Shown piece by piece: positions 1 through 12,612 of a DNA stretch of 64,000 nucleotides. The translations under genes were made by a program, and so were the position numbers. A model generated the notes under the pieces. It saw only the letters and a list, made by a program, of their open reading frames with translations. It searched no databases and was not told where the DNA came from. This DNA comes from Octopus sinensis. Lineage: Eukaryota. The DNA is taken from contig NC_043010.1 in the NCBI RefSeq assembly GCF_006345805.1, positions 36,270,001 to 36,334,000 of the forward strand, in the 5' to 3' direction. The number at the start of each line of letters is the position of its first letter. Position 1 is the first letter of the stretch.

Positions 1-421
1 GTTAAAATTATTTATGTCGATTGCAAATTTCAATAAGTAAAAATCCCAGATATGAATAGAAGAGCACTTTTATAAACCAGGCAACTTTCAAAGACAAACA
101 CGGTGCACTTATCGCTTCGCGAAATCATCGATTACTTCAGAATAATCAAGCTGAGAGCTAAGTTCGTGTTCAATTGATATCATAGGCAATACACAAAGTC
201 TGGTACACGTAAGTGGTACAATGTAATATTTTTTTCAAAAACTTTTGCAGGTACACTGTATTGCTATTTTATCTCTTGAAATATTCAGTTAACATAGTTT
301 AATTCTTGTTTAACATCTTAACCAAAGTAAATAGAGGGCTTATCTACGTACTTTGATTTCAACATGGGGCCCCTCAACTGCAGAGAACCCCTGCGACCGC
401 AGGGGTTTAGCGACGCCCCTG
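1..421 (-). mobile_element. hAT-superfamily DNA transposon remnant (terminal end plus decayed C-terminal dimerisation domain)
   Basis: Minus-strand translation of ~109-204 gives RLCVLPMISIEHELSSQLDYSEVIDDFAKR*, resembling the hAT dimerisation motif (RL..L..LSIE.E....LDY..IIDDFA). The element end reads CAGGGGCGTCGCTA from 421 on the minus strand, a hAT-like terminus. Confidence 0.6.
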
Positions 422-483
422 ATAGTCACTAATCCTTTCAAATCAAACATAAATTTTTAACTTCTTGAAATTACGTCCCAGTG

Positions 484-709
484 TTTTATTTTTTATTCGT
501 TTGTCATTTGGCCGCGGTCATGCTGGGGCATTGCCTTGCGGAACTTTTAGTTGAATGAATCGATGCTAGTACGTTTTTAAAAACCTGGTACTTATTATAG
601 CTGTCACTTTTACCGAACTGTTCAGTTACGGGGACGTAAACACACCAACACCGACTGCCGAACAGTGGTGGTGGGCATACACAGACACAACGACACTTAC
701 TCAAACATA
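484..709 (-). mobile_element. tRNA/CORE-type SINE family A, 3' half (split by TIR element)
   Basis: Reverse complement of the family-A 3' half (ggccgcggtcatgctgggg ... ttacggggacgtaaacacacc). The matching 5' half resumes at ~1759. Confidence 0.8.
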
Positions 710-1748
710 GGATCTAGTCTTTTTCATTCGCAAAATGAGCCTCCTTTAATTTTGCTCTGCTTGCTTTCAATGTTGGTGTATCGATGCACCAACCAATTAC
801 TTCATCTCTTTAATTAAATGAATCAGATGATATTTGGAATTAAAGTTGGGAAATTTGGATAATTTTAGCCAATCAACAGACAGTGAGACATTAACAGCTT
901 GTTACCACGACAACCACATGTTGTGTTGATTCTTCACTCCACGAGATTTACTTCACCTGCGTGTTTCGTTTCAATAAAAATTTATATTTATATTAGAATT
1001 TTATGATAGATATTTTTCGTCAATTGTCTTAATATTTTTCATATAGCAAAAGTTGTTTGCGATGTCTATACAGTTTCTTGGCATTATGAAGGTGAATGGA
1101 ATATGCGAACTTAGTACAGATAATTTGACATTATTTTTGAATTCTGCATGCAAAAACATATAAGATACAAATATTATTTTTATTGGAACAAATTCTTTGT
1201 TGACCAGTGTTATTCTTATCGTAGTTTACAAATCCAAGCATGAAAACGTTACTCAGCTGTGAAGTTTTGGAGACAGACGTCCTCTTTTCACACGCGCTCT
1301 CGCTTATATAAATGATTTGTACAAATACATGACAGGTATACATAATACTGCAGCAATACGCATAAAGTAAACAAACACATGCAGACAAATATTAATGACA
1401 AATTTAATGAATAATAAAAACATATAATCAATGAAGAGACAAAAGAAACAGTAAGATGATACATGTTGATTTTATTAGGTATTTCTGTTTATTTAGAAAC
1501 CTACAATGAACAGGTCATTTCACAGATGCTAAACTACAAATTTCACGGGGTACAACATTCAAGTTGACACCGCTCCGCTAAATACAGAAAATTTCTGCCA
1601 CGCTATTGGCTAAAAAATAGTTTTTTTTTTTATTTGTTTCTTCTCCACAGTATCATACCTTCATAGCAATTAGACTGGAAAACTATATTATTATAGCCGA
1701 TTTTCAGATTTTTCTTTACTGTCTTTTAAAAAGATATTTTGCGAATGA
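710..1748. mobile_element. ~1 kb non-autonomous TIR DNA transposon, copy 1
   Basis: tcattcgcaaaat (724-736) is the reverse complement of attttgcgaatga (1736-1748). The interior aligns by eye with 18817-20069, whose right end (actagatcc) matches this copy's left end (ggatctagt at 710). No ORF. Confidence 0.7.
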
Positions 1749-1758
1749 CCCCACCCCC

Positions 1759-1931
1759 CAGATTCCAAACATATACACACAATGGGCTTCTTTCAGTTTT
1801 CGCCTGCCACTCTCAAGACTTTGGTCGGCCGAGGCTATAGTTGAAGACACTTGCCTGAGGTGCCACGCAGTGGACTGAACTCGGAACCATGTGGTTGGGA
1901 AGCAAGCTTCTTACCACATAGGTACGCCTGC
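1759..1931 (-). mobile_element. SINE family A, 5' half
   Basis: Reverse complement of the tRNA-like head (B-box-like GGTTCCGAGTTCAGTCC) and CORE-like segment (GGCAAGTGTCTTC). Confidence 0.8.
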
Positions 1932-3140
1932 ATCTTCAGTTAGGATATTGTTTCTCTTCTCTCTTCGCCAGGGAAATTTTGATAGACATTCGCTTCCATC
2001 CGCCGTTGACTTTGCCTTCCAGATTTTTGCAACTGGCTGCATGGCTTTATTTTGCACACACACACACACACACAAGATCTGCGAGGAAGGTGCAGAAGTA
2101 CATAGTAAATAAGCTTTGGAATTTTCTGGAAAATCTCAGATCCTGTTTACACACACACACACACACACGCATGCACACCTATTTGTGCATTGGTATCGAA
2201 CAACGTGGTTGCAAAGCACGCTTCTCGATTCATACAACCATATCTAACGTTTATTTTTAATGTGAAAAAGATTACACATCCAGATCTAAAGGCTATTATA
2301 TATTTCAGCTTTATGGTTGAGAAAGAAAGAAAGAAAAACAAAAACAACAAACAATATCAGACTAGTTTTCTAGTACACACACACAACGTGCTTTTCTATG
2401 CCTCATATTTAACAAAAGCCGAGTGTCTTTTTTTTCTAGATCTCATGCTGTTTCTACTTAGTAGAATTAGAGAAGATCAGCTTGTATGGTGTTTCAGAAT
2501 GTAATAAGCTCTAGTGAGTTAAAGAGTAAGATAAAAATAGTTACCATATAGGATATGAAGAGGGGGGGAAAATACAGTTTTTATCGGTTAAAATATGCAC
2601 CTCTCCCAAATATTTATTACGCACGCACGCACACACAGTCTCTCTCTCCCTCCCTCTCCCCCTCTCTCTAAACGTATACTAATCCGGATTTATATTATAA
2701 AATTTTCAAACCACATGTTGAATCTTTGTACATAGGTCAGTTAAAATATTGTATGCTTACATTTGTTCAAGGTCTGAAATTGTGTAGGACTTGTTTGTCT
2801 TGTCTTTTAAATTAACCCTCGTATCAAATCCTGATTAAGCTGATATGCCATGAAAGGCGGTCCAGCTATGACCATCCATTTCAACCTTAATGTGTGTAAA
2901 CTCTATTATCCTATAATCCGTTACATCCTGCCATTCTTAGGTTTTTCTTGGTCAGTTTTAAAGCTGTTTAACCTTGTCAACCCTGATTGAATAGTCATTC
3001 TTGTTTTGAACACTCCTTGTCGTTTCTTTATTTAAGATGATAGGGTGTGGTCGATGGAAGTTTGGCTGTTATTTCTAGCAAGGCGAATGACTTAAAAAAG
3101 TGCCATCGTGTTGGCTCGATTTATTTAGAGTTGAAGAAAT

Positions 3141-3480
3141 CTTTTATCGTTTACTGCGGTCATGCTGGGGCACCGTCTTGAAGGGTTTTAGGATGAACAA
3201 ATTGACCCTATGCTCATTATTTTAAAGTCAAGTACATCTCTCAGTCTCTTGCCAAAATGCTCAGTTCCATTTTATATTCTAACTGACATATGTACATGGA
3301 CGTAAACAAACCAATGCCGGTTGTCAGGCGGTAGCGGGGGACAGACACACACACGTCGGGTTTCGACAGTTTCCATCTAACAAATTCACTCACAAGGCAT
3401 TGGTGGGTTCGAGTTCATTGCAGAAAACGCTTGCCCAAAGTGCCGCGTAACGAGGTTGAACCCGAAACCACGTGACTGCA
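3141..3480 (-). mobile_element. SINE family A
   Basis: Same block order as the other copies (catgctgggg...gacgtaaac...cactcacaaggc...gaacccgaaaccacgtg); CpGs retained. Confidence 0.75.
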
Positions 3481-6030
3481 ATCGCATATACATATATAAT
3501 GCGATTGAAGTCACCTTGCGATCCCCAGAACATTTTTTCGTCTAAAGGAATTCGACTGGGTAGAATTTTCTTCAGCTTTCGTTTTTCTTTGATGCCTTTA
3601 AATTCGTTATTAATTTCGTTATCTTGTGCAATAGCTGCTGCTTTATTTTTCTAATTTCTAAGCTGAGCATCAGTAGCTTGGGCTGTTAGGAGTTATTTAA
3701 CCTTAGCTCAACTTTTGATACTTAAAAAACAAACAAACAAACAAAAAACAATGTGGTCATGCCTGGAATTTCTTTGATCATAGCTTTGCTTAATCAAAAA
3801 GCGCTTCGTCTAATGTGTAATTCTTGTTTTAAAAATAAAAAAAAGTAAAAAGGAGAAAAGCCATGTATGTGAAGGAGGTTAGAGCTGCTATTTCTTGCTG
3901 TTCGAACGGCCATGTAGAGGCACTAATATTGGCTCACCAATGGAAAAGATGATGTGTGGATTTGAGCTCACAATAGTTTCTGTGAGATGCTTGTCTTATG
4001 GCATTAGTTTTCCTTGTGGTTTAAAGTGCCCTGGGGCACAGAGACACGGATGTAAACTGCAGCTCCATGAGCTAGCTCTTACCTGTTTGACACCTGCACT
4101 ATTTAAATATTGGAGACCCTGAAGCTTCAGTATGTGTGTGTGTTTTCAAAGCAGCCTTAACACCCTTGCTTAAACAAGTTTATGATACATCAGAGAAAGC
4201 ATATTGCTAAACCCAGTCAACGCTAAAGCATTCCAACCACGACTACCCCATCTTTTGTCTTTCACACGGTGAGCTACCTTATCCATTGTACCTTTATCTG
4301 AGACGACAGCGTGTGATTCGAAGGAGATTTGGCTGCTGTTTCTAGCAAGTTGCGAACCTTGAAAACTTGACGTAGTAGGGGCTCGCTCCTGTGCGCGCGC
4401 GCATGTGTGAGTGTTAAAGATATTTTGATTTCCCACTTCCTGGCCATGTGTTAAATAACGAGAATCCAGGGAAACTGGTAAAGCCTGCATCGGCAAAAAT
4501 CGTATTCATTTATACGTGTTAGATCTCTTTAAAAAAAAAAAAAAAGAACCTCCTCTATCAACTTCAGGCTCAGCCGAAAGTCATGTGTACTCGTTTTTTT
4601 CAAAGTAGGAGAGTCTTTTCTTTCTCTCTCTCTCTCTTTTGTATTGAGAGGAAAGGAATGAAAGAGTGAGGAAAAAGTGTAAAGTAAGATATGTTGGAGA
4701 TAGGTGAACGGAAAGAAAGAGTGGCAGAAAAGCAGCCAGAATGTTAGAGGAAAGCAACGACCACTTTTTATGCTAAAAATCACTGCTAGAATATATTTTT
4801 TATTTTACTTATAATGCTTGAAGGAGAGAGAAAGAGAAAGCTTGCTTTATAAATACTAAAAAAAAAAGCTAGTAAATTATGAATTTCTCTCTCTCTCTCA
4901 CACACAATATCTTGCTTATCCTTTTGGCATTTCTTATCGCACTCTTTCACCAAACATCAGGTGGGCATTTTTTTCTATTCCCTTCTTTCATACTACTTTC
5001 TGTCAGTTTTCGTCTGTGTGCCGTCTCTCTTTCCCCCCCTCCTATGTCTCCCCTTATTATGCTCAGTCACTCTCTTTATATCTCTGACTTTCTCTCTACT
5101 TCTCCGCAATTCTCTTTTTCTGTCTGTCACTCACCAAACACACCAACACACAACTTCCCTCCTTCCTTTCACCCTCTCTCTCTTTCTTTGTTCCTCCTCT
5201 CAACAGTTTGGCTTTTATCTCTTTCTCTCTTTTCTTGCCAACTGAATGAAAAGTACCATTTTATGTTACCAATGCCTCTCACTCGTCCTCCTCAATGCTG
5301 ATAGACTCTGAAAAGAAAAAAGTATTTTCTGGAAATCTAAATGCGTGTGTGCGCGCTTATGTAGAGTATGTGAATGAATGCCAAAGAATGCAGGGAGATA
5401 GATAAGTTTGAACCAAATTATGGTGTATGTACGATATTAGTGAAACTATCGAGGGAGAGGGGGCGAGAGATTGTAAAGTCAGTTGCTTTCTCTGTGTGTA
5501 TGTATATGTGTGCGTGTGAGAAATTACTAGAAAGAAATGTTAACTGAGTCATGTTATTTATGTTGACAAGTAAAATCTAAAAAGGATGGTAGCTGTGTGT
5601 GTGTGTGTGTGTGTGTGTGACATACATACAACCACTCCTGTTAAGTGGTGTGATGGTAGGCTGGTGGTGGTGGTGAGAGGGGGAAACATCATTACTATTA
5701 TTATTAGTATTAGGCTAAGTTGAGTGTCAGAAATGGTTGTACACTGAGTTAAGCTACATGCTAGTTCTTATGCGTTCTGAGGTCAAATCTTACCAGGGTA
5801 TGTATGGTCTGTTTACATTGCTTTTCATTTCTCTTTGTTGATAGAATTTTTGGTACCAGACAAGCATTGGGAACAGTTTTGCTCTCACAATCCCCCATCA
5901 AAAAAAATCTTATGACTTTTGTGTTAACTCAGAAATAATTTTATTTGGGTGGTTGGTGAATGGGAATAAAAAGGGTAGTGAATTAGGTTGAAATATGCCT
6001 TGTGGATAAATAAATATGTAGTTATATTCA

Positions 6031-6194
6031 CATGCTGGAGCACTGCCTTAAAGGGGTTTTTTTTTAGTTGAAGAAACTGGCTCCAAGACTTATTCTTTGT
6101 AAGCCTAGTACTTATTGCATTGGCATCTTTTGCTGAACTGCAAAGTTATGGGGACATAAACACACCAACATCGGTTGTCAAGTGATGGTGGACA

Positions 6195-6230
<36 letters not shown>

Positions 6231-6340
6231 TTTAGTTTCCATCTACCAAATCCACTCACAAGGCTTTGGTTGGCCTGAGGCAAAAGAAGACACTTGCCCA
6301 AGGTGTCATGAAGTGGGACTGAATCCAGAACCTTGCAAGC
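6031..6340 (-). mobile_element. SINE family A
   Basis: catgctggagcactgcc...ccactcacaaggctttggttggcc...gacacttgcccaagg, with an internal (CA)n linker. Confidence 0.85.
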
Positions 6341-6493
6341 TTTTAAGGTCCAAGACACCAGTTTCATTGTTATTTAATAACTCATTAGGGTAGTCTCACC
6401 TCTCTCTCCTAAGGTACCAAGATAGTGGGGAAACTGCTTATTAAAATATCAGCAGATATGTGCCCAGGTACATTTCATTTCTATAATGAATGG

Positions 6494-6935
6494 TGTAGGT
6501 GTGGCCCTGTAGTGAAGAAGTTCACTTCCCAATCACGTGGTTTCAGTTTCATTTCCACAAGGTGGCACCATAGGCAAGTGCTTTTTATAGTCTTGGGCAA
6601 ATCAAAACCTTGTGAATGGGTTTGATAGATGGAAACTGTAAGAAGCTTACTGTGTGGGTGTATATATATGTTTATATATGTATATGTGTGTATGTTTGTG
6701 CCTCCATGTCTTGACATTACTTGATAATTGTAATTGAGTGTTACTGTCATAGAAGCATTGCTATTCATTTCCAGATTCTGCAAAAATATCCATAGAGAAA
6801 TATCTCCTTTCTTGGAAGTAGATGAGAGTTGGTGACAGGAAAGGCATCTAGCCACAGAAAATCTTCCCCGATGAACTTCACTTCATCTGCTCCATGCAAG
6901 CACAAAAAAAAAAAGTGGGTTTTAGGATGTAGTTG
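6494..6935 (+). mobile_element. SINE family A head with alternative RTE-type 3' tail
   Basis: 5' half matches family A. The 3' half differs and matches 32460-32830, ending in ccatgcaagc...gatg. Confidence 0.6.
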
Positions 6936-7632
6936 ATGAATACAAAGTTGGTGGCTTTGTCAATGATTATTAGAGTACTAATGCAATATGGATTAAGAAT
7001 GAATATATATATCAAGTCATGTCCACGTGTGTTCAGTCTTAATGCTGAACTCCTGCTAAATTTTCGCCTTACATTAAGTCTGAGCTGGATAATATAAGTA
7101 CTAGTCAAGTACTTTTACTATCATATCGTGTGTAGAGGAGGAGAAGGAATGGTGTTAATTATGACATCCTTGAGACTGAGTGTGGGCTGGGTATTATACT
7201 ACTGCCTTCAGAGGAGGTTATTAATACAACCAAATCTGCTGCAAGTGTTTCATTATATTTCTAGACAGGATACTTTACTCTTTGTTTCTTTAGTTTACTT
7301 TGCTGTCAGGAATAGATACCAGATCTAGGAATATTGATAGAGATTGACTGCTGTTATCCAGAGAGAGAGAGAGAACTTTATTTCTCAGCCATGTGTCATG
7401 AATCCAGAGCTAAGTACTGCCCCTTAAAAGCTGTAGTTGATGATCTATTTGAACTTATGTAAGGTTGAAAGAATAGCTTGTGGTTGTTGATTTCTCATGT
7501 AGTCCTTAACCCTTTTCATACCAACTTCTCTGAGACTGCCTCTGGTTCTGTGATACAAACTTTCTGTAGAATTTCATGTTAACTTATGTTCCAAAATTCC
7601 AGCTTAATAACGACAAAATTATTTTTACTGTA

Positions 7633-7978
7633 TTCTTTATTCTTTTACTTGCTTCAGTCATTTGACTGTGGCCATGCTGCAGCATCTCCTTTTAGTTGAA
7701 CAAATCAACCCCAGGACTTCTTTGTAAGCTTAGTACCTATTCTATCGGTCTCATTTGCTGAGCCCCTAAGTTACATGGATGTAAACACACCACACACATA
7801 CATATATATATATATATTATATATATATATATATATATGACAGGCTTCTTTCAGTTTCCGTCTACCAAACCCACTCACAAGGCTTTGGTTGTCCTGAGGC
7901 TTTAGTAGAAGACACTTGCCAAAGGTGCCATGAAGTGGGACTGAACCTGGAACCATATGGTTGGGAAGCAAGCTTCTT
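7633..7978 (-). mobile_element. SINE family A
   Basis: Near full-length reverse-complement match to the 19305-19706 copy. Confidence 0.9.
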
Positions 7979-9099
7979 AGTATTTTTAAAATTAATTGAA
8001 ACAAAATGTATTTCAACAGGAATATGGTAACAAAAGAGTTAAGTTTAATTTCTGAAAACTAAGCTACTCTAAAATTGCTAAGTGCACATATGAATGTTTA
8101 TACTCCACTCCACCCCCTAATTAAATCTTGCCTTATGAATAAGTTCTTAAGCATTAATTAATATATTTACAAATCTGTAAATTTGTCTTTAGAATCAATA
8201 TAGTTAACCAGCTGAAATACTGTCTGCTACTATAGCCAGAACTAGACAATATACTCACACACTACACCACTACACTTAGTAGTAAAAATAGATAAGGTTC
8301 TCTATTTTACCACTTGCAGTGTTTTATAATTGGTGTTTTATTTTAAAACAAGCCATTGCGTTACAGGAATTCCACTTGAACATTTTTCGTTTTCTTGTCG
8401 TGTATCCAGAACAGATCAGTGTAACACTATTCTTTCCTTGTTAAGTTTTGCTTATAGAAGAATTTGTCCTCTACACTGCAGTGTGATTGAAATACTCGCC
8501 ATATGTATAATATACATAGTGATGATGTTAGTTCCAGTGGCCAGCTGTATCCACTGCATATGTAAGTACCTACTTAGAGCGAGATGGACTTTTGGTGAAA
8601 TTGTAATACATATTTATAAAGTTGTGGCTGTGTTTCTGTTGCTTAAAGCAGAGAGAAAAATCCTACTCTATTCTGTCGTTTCTTTCCTTTTGTCCCTTTG
8701 ACTCAAAACAGTGACAACATATAAATCCTCTGTAGCATTTTCTTTCCAATTAAAATTCTACAGAAGGAGGGGGAGGGAGAGAAAGATGGTAATGAATGAG
8801 GGAAAGAGTACTCACATATAAGTATTATTGTTAATTTATTTGGCTGGGCTGTTGATGTTGTTTCTTTACAATAAGATATGTTTTTCAGATGGCCTTCATG
8901 GCAAAAACAGGACAATAACATATGCAGATGAAGTGCCAAGTGCAAGATATTGTTGTCTGTGTTTATTATTGTTCTGTTTTTGCCATAAATGTCATCTGGG
9001 GACACATATTCCTGTGCAAATATCAGATATATATATATATATATAAATAAAAATCAAATAAGCCTATCTAGTTTCTTTTCAACAGCACAAAGACACAAT

Positions 9100-9960
9100 C
9101 ACTTCTCACAACTCACAAGAAGGAAGTAATCTTACCTACTCTTGAGCAACACATAACAAAAGCCTTTAAAGTTGCTAGGCCTCACAGTCTCTGGTCTTTC
9201 CTGGCAACCTCACATTCATAACAGCTAAACCCGTTTCCTAAAGACTAGTCTTACTCTTGAGAACCAGAAAATATTTCAGCTTTGATCAGTTGCTAACTTA
9301 TACAAAGCTAAACAAAGTACTGCTCTACGTGCACATGCACGCATGCGCGCACACACACACACACACCAATCTCTGACCCATAGATATCCTCTCTCTGCTT
9401 ATTCTATAAGTACCGTATCTCTGCTCTTTTGAAGTAGTTGCTTGCCACCACCACCACTTGACATAATTGATTCTTCTTTTATCATCCATAGTGTCTCACA
9501 GGCTCTGCACTAATCTCTGTAATTTAATGTTTCCTCCCCTCAAAATAGCAGTACCCAGGAATTGCCATCTTCCCAATATTTTTCCTGTAGGTACCAACTC
9601 ATGGACATAAAAATTGAACAGAGACCCTTAATGGGCCTTCTCACAAAACCGCAGAAAGAGGAGAAAGGTTTAGTTAAACAATGTCTCCTGGTAACACACA
9701 TACATGATATTAAGATTTCTATGGATATCAGAGCTATGGGTTGTGGCAGGTATATATTTGTTTGTTGTAAATATCTAACCTATTTATACACTATTACTAG
9801 AGCTTGGCAATCATTGCTCAACTTTGGCAGTGATATCAGCAGTCTGTATCATGAAATGAAATTGTTGCATAACAGCAAACGGTCTGGTGCAGTGAGAAAC
9901 TGGCTTACAGTAGATAGTACTGAGAAAAAGGGCAGGGCAACCTTTATCCTCTATTACGTG
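9100..9960 (-). pseudogene. Decayed RTE-clade LINE reverse transcriptase remnant
   Basis: Minus translation NDCQALVIVYK*VRYLQQTNIYLPQPIALIS...SFCGFVRRPIKGLCSIFMSMSWYLQEKYWEDGNSWVLLF parallels the RTE RT motifs DW....IVPIYK.KGD....NYRPI.LIS and Q.GF.PGR.T.DAIF..RQLQEKY. Many stops. Confidence 0.55.
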
Positions 9961-10395
9961 TAATTGCTCAACAAACAGAACCTCTAGCGTATTGCTTGAT
10001 GGTTTTTTCCCTTTTATTTTGAAACTATGTTCTAAATCTGTTCTTTATTTCCTTCAATATTCATATATTTTTATTTGGATACATAGACCTTTATTTTATA
10101 AAATGGACTTCATATTTGCCAATCTCAGTATCTATGACACATTACTGAAGCGTGTATCAAGAAATTATACAAGAAATACATATTCATGTTAATGAATATG
10201 TATCTTCACTGTTCTACACTGTGCCTATCTATTTCACATGTAGTACATTATTTATGAATATTGTCCAAACCATGCTAGTATGGAGACTGGATGTTAAATG
10301 ATGGTTATGATAATGATGATAAATAATGAATAAAACAAAACAAAAAAAAAAATCTTCCTGAATCCTTAATGGATTGTTAGGTGATCACAAAAGAT

Positions 10396-10500
10396 CTTTA
10401 TTTTTATGTAATTCTGGAGATAAGTCGGCTTGGCAGAGCTGGTTTTCCTTTATTTTTATGTAATTCTGAAGGTAAGTCAACTTGGCAGAGCTGGTTTTCC
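10396..10500. repeat. 52-bp tandem duplication
   Basis: ctttatttttatgtaattctg...ttggcagagctggttttc starts at 10396 and again at 10448. Confidence 0.9.
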
Positions 10501-11227
10501 TTTCTGATTTTGGCTACATACCACAGATATGAATGAATAATAAGTGTTGCAGACTTGACTTGCTAGAAGCTTGCTGCCAATCTATGGACTCTTGAAATAA
10601 ATACTATGCTTTCAATTAAATAGATGGCATTTAATTTATTATGTTAACCGACAAAATCATGCAAGTAGGTAAACTATTTATGTTTAGATATTTTAGCTTT
10701 AGTACGTTTCAGTTTATGACAGGCAGTGATGAAAATGTGATTGAAATGCAAAAATAGAAAATAAAAATAAAACCAAATAAAAGGAACTGATTGAATTAAA
10801 GAAACATTGTGGATGCTCTTTGTATTAGCAAATTTTTTTCTTTTTAAACATAATATTCAAAGTTAATCTTAAATTTGTTAAACTTTTACATTACAAAGTA
10901 ATGCAAATAGGTTCCTTTAAAATGTATGAAGAGGTTTCGACAATTTAATTTAATTCTGTCAAATCAAAAGAGACATAAATTGTATACATGCTAGGATTCA
11001 AAATCATCTGAAACTTGGATATGTACTGGTATAAAGATTATGTTATTTACTGAGGAATTTACTGTAGAGGATACAGAATTTAGTGGCCATTACACTGATG
11101 CATCAACAAGATGCAAGTTTTGAGTTACACTGGGCTCTCAAAGCTTTTTCCTTCCTTCTATAATTAGCCTGAGCTATTCCCAGATTGTTAAGACATGTTA
11201 AGCCAAGTGTAATAGTATTCATGGCTA

Positions 11228-11492
11228 GTGCTGATGACACGTAAGAGGTGCCTGTGCCGGTGACATATAAAAGGCACCTGTGCTAGTGACACATAAAAGG
11301 CACCCATGTTGGCGACATGTAAAAGGCACCTGCTAAACTCTTGTAGTGGTTGGCGTTAGGGAGAGCTTCCAGCCATGGAAACCAAGTCATACCAGACTGG
11401 AGCCTGGTACAGCTCTCTGGCTTACCAGTTCCAATCAAAACCATCTAACCCATGCCAGCATGGAAAATGGATGCTAAATGATGATGATGATA
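11228..11492 (+). mobile_element. RTE-tailed non-autonomous retroelement 3' portion with four 26-bp internal repeats
   Basis: Repeat units start at 11228, 11254, 11280 and 11306. The element ends aacccatgccagcatggaaaatggatgctaaatgatgatgat, a tail shared with 47430-47650. Confidence 0.7.
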
Positions 11493-12612
11493 ATATATAT
11501 AGATAAATGTCTAAAACAATTATTGATGTTAATAAAGTAAACTGTAATTGTTTTTGTTAATTGTGGAACAGCATTTGATGTAGTATTGAGGTATGGCAGT
11601 CTTTTATTTTCTGCTGTTGTCTGGCAGTAGCAGTGTTCAGCAGTGACTGGAATTGCAGTGCAGTTGCAGTATTATGGAGTGGTTTCAAAATTCTCATACT
11701 CCAAGCCTAAGTTAATTTATGCTTTCAAGGTCACATTGTATTCTACTATTTTCATATCAGCTGACTGATTTGTTCCTTTTGCAGGATATCCATCTGGCAC
11801 CAGGTGCCAGACTGCTACTGTTGTTGTTGCTGCTGCTGCAGTTGTCTGGAAGTTCCTATATCATTCTTGTCATCTGAATGCTATGTCATATACTATACTG
11901 TACTCTACTCTACCATATCATGCTGTGCTGTAGCAATGCTTAGAATAGCATACCAGGAGTATTTTGGCTGGTTTTCAATTGGATGATTGGTATTGATTCT
12001 TTTTACATGGAATACTGAAATTTTAAAGTGTGTATTTGTGTGTGTGCACGCCTGGTATAAATACATAAACGTATGATGTATCCAATATAAATATAAGCAT
12101 ACATGCATATATACACAGATACACATGTATTTAAGCTTCACAAATGCTGTTGGTTATGTTATTGCTGTATAATCAATGGTGAAACAGCCAAGTGGATAAG
12201 ATTTGCTACTATTGGTTTGTAAGCCATGAGTTCATGTGCAACTGCAGGCATTTTGCTGTGTTGCTGGGTAGATTACTTAATTCTACGCCGCTTTGCTTCA
12301 CCTGTCTTTCAGAGGATTGGCACTAGATCTATTGAGAGATATTGTCTATGATAGATTAATATTTTTAGCTTAGAGGAATGAATTTCATCAGTCGTCAAGC
12401 TATGGCCTTATAGACTTTGGGGTTACTGAATTATTTTAACTGCTCACTTATTGTTCTATCCTGAGTGCCATCAAAAAGCAAGTCAGCTTCTAGCCATTAC
12501 CTGCCCCTGTCTTCTTGTTAGCCCTTTTGTTGCCATATTTCTCTTGATATACACTGCCTTTGTATAATTTTGAAAAAAAAAAAAAAAGCAAGAAGCAGCA
12601 TTTTATTAAAAT

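Noticed and set aside
3500-3655. Minus-strand peptide KNKAAAIAQDNEINNEFKGIKEKRKLKKILPSRIPLDEKMFWGSQ
   Set aside because: In-frame stop just upstream, no credible acceptor or start, and no recognisable family.
4879-5301. Leu/Ser/Phe-rich ORFs (also 37781-38299, 51399-52003, 63117-63603)
   Set aside because: Pyrimidine-rich tracts are naturally stop-poor on this strand.
11228-11331. CRISPR-like repeat array
   Set aside because: Units are contiguous with no unique spacers, in eukaryotic retroelement context.
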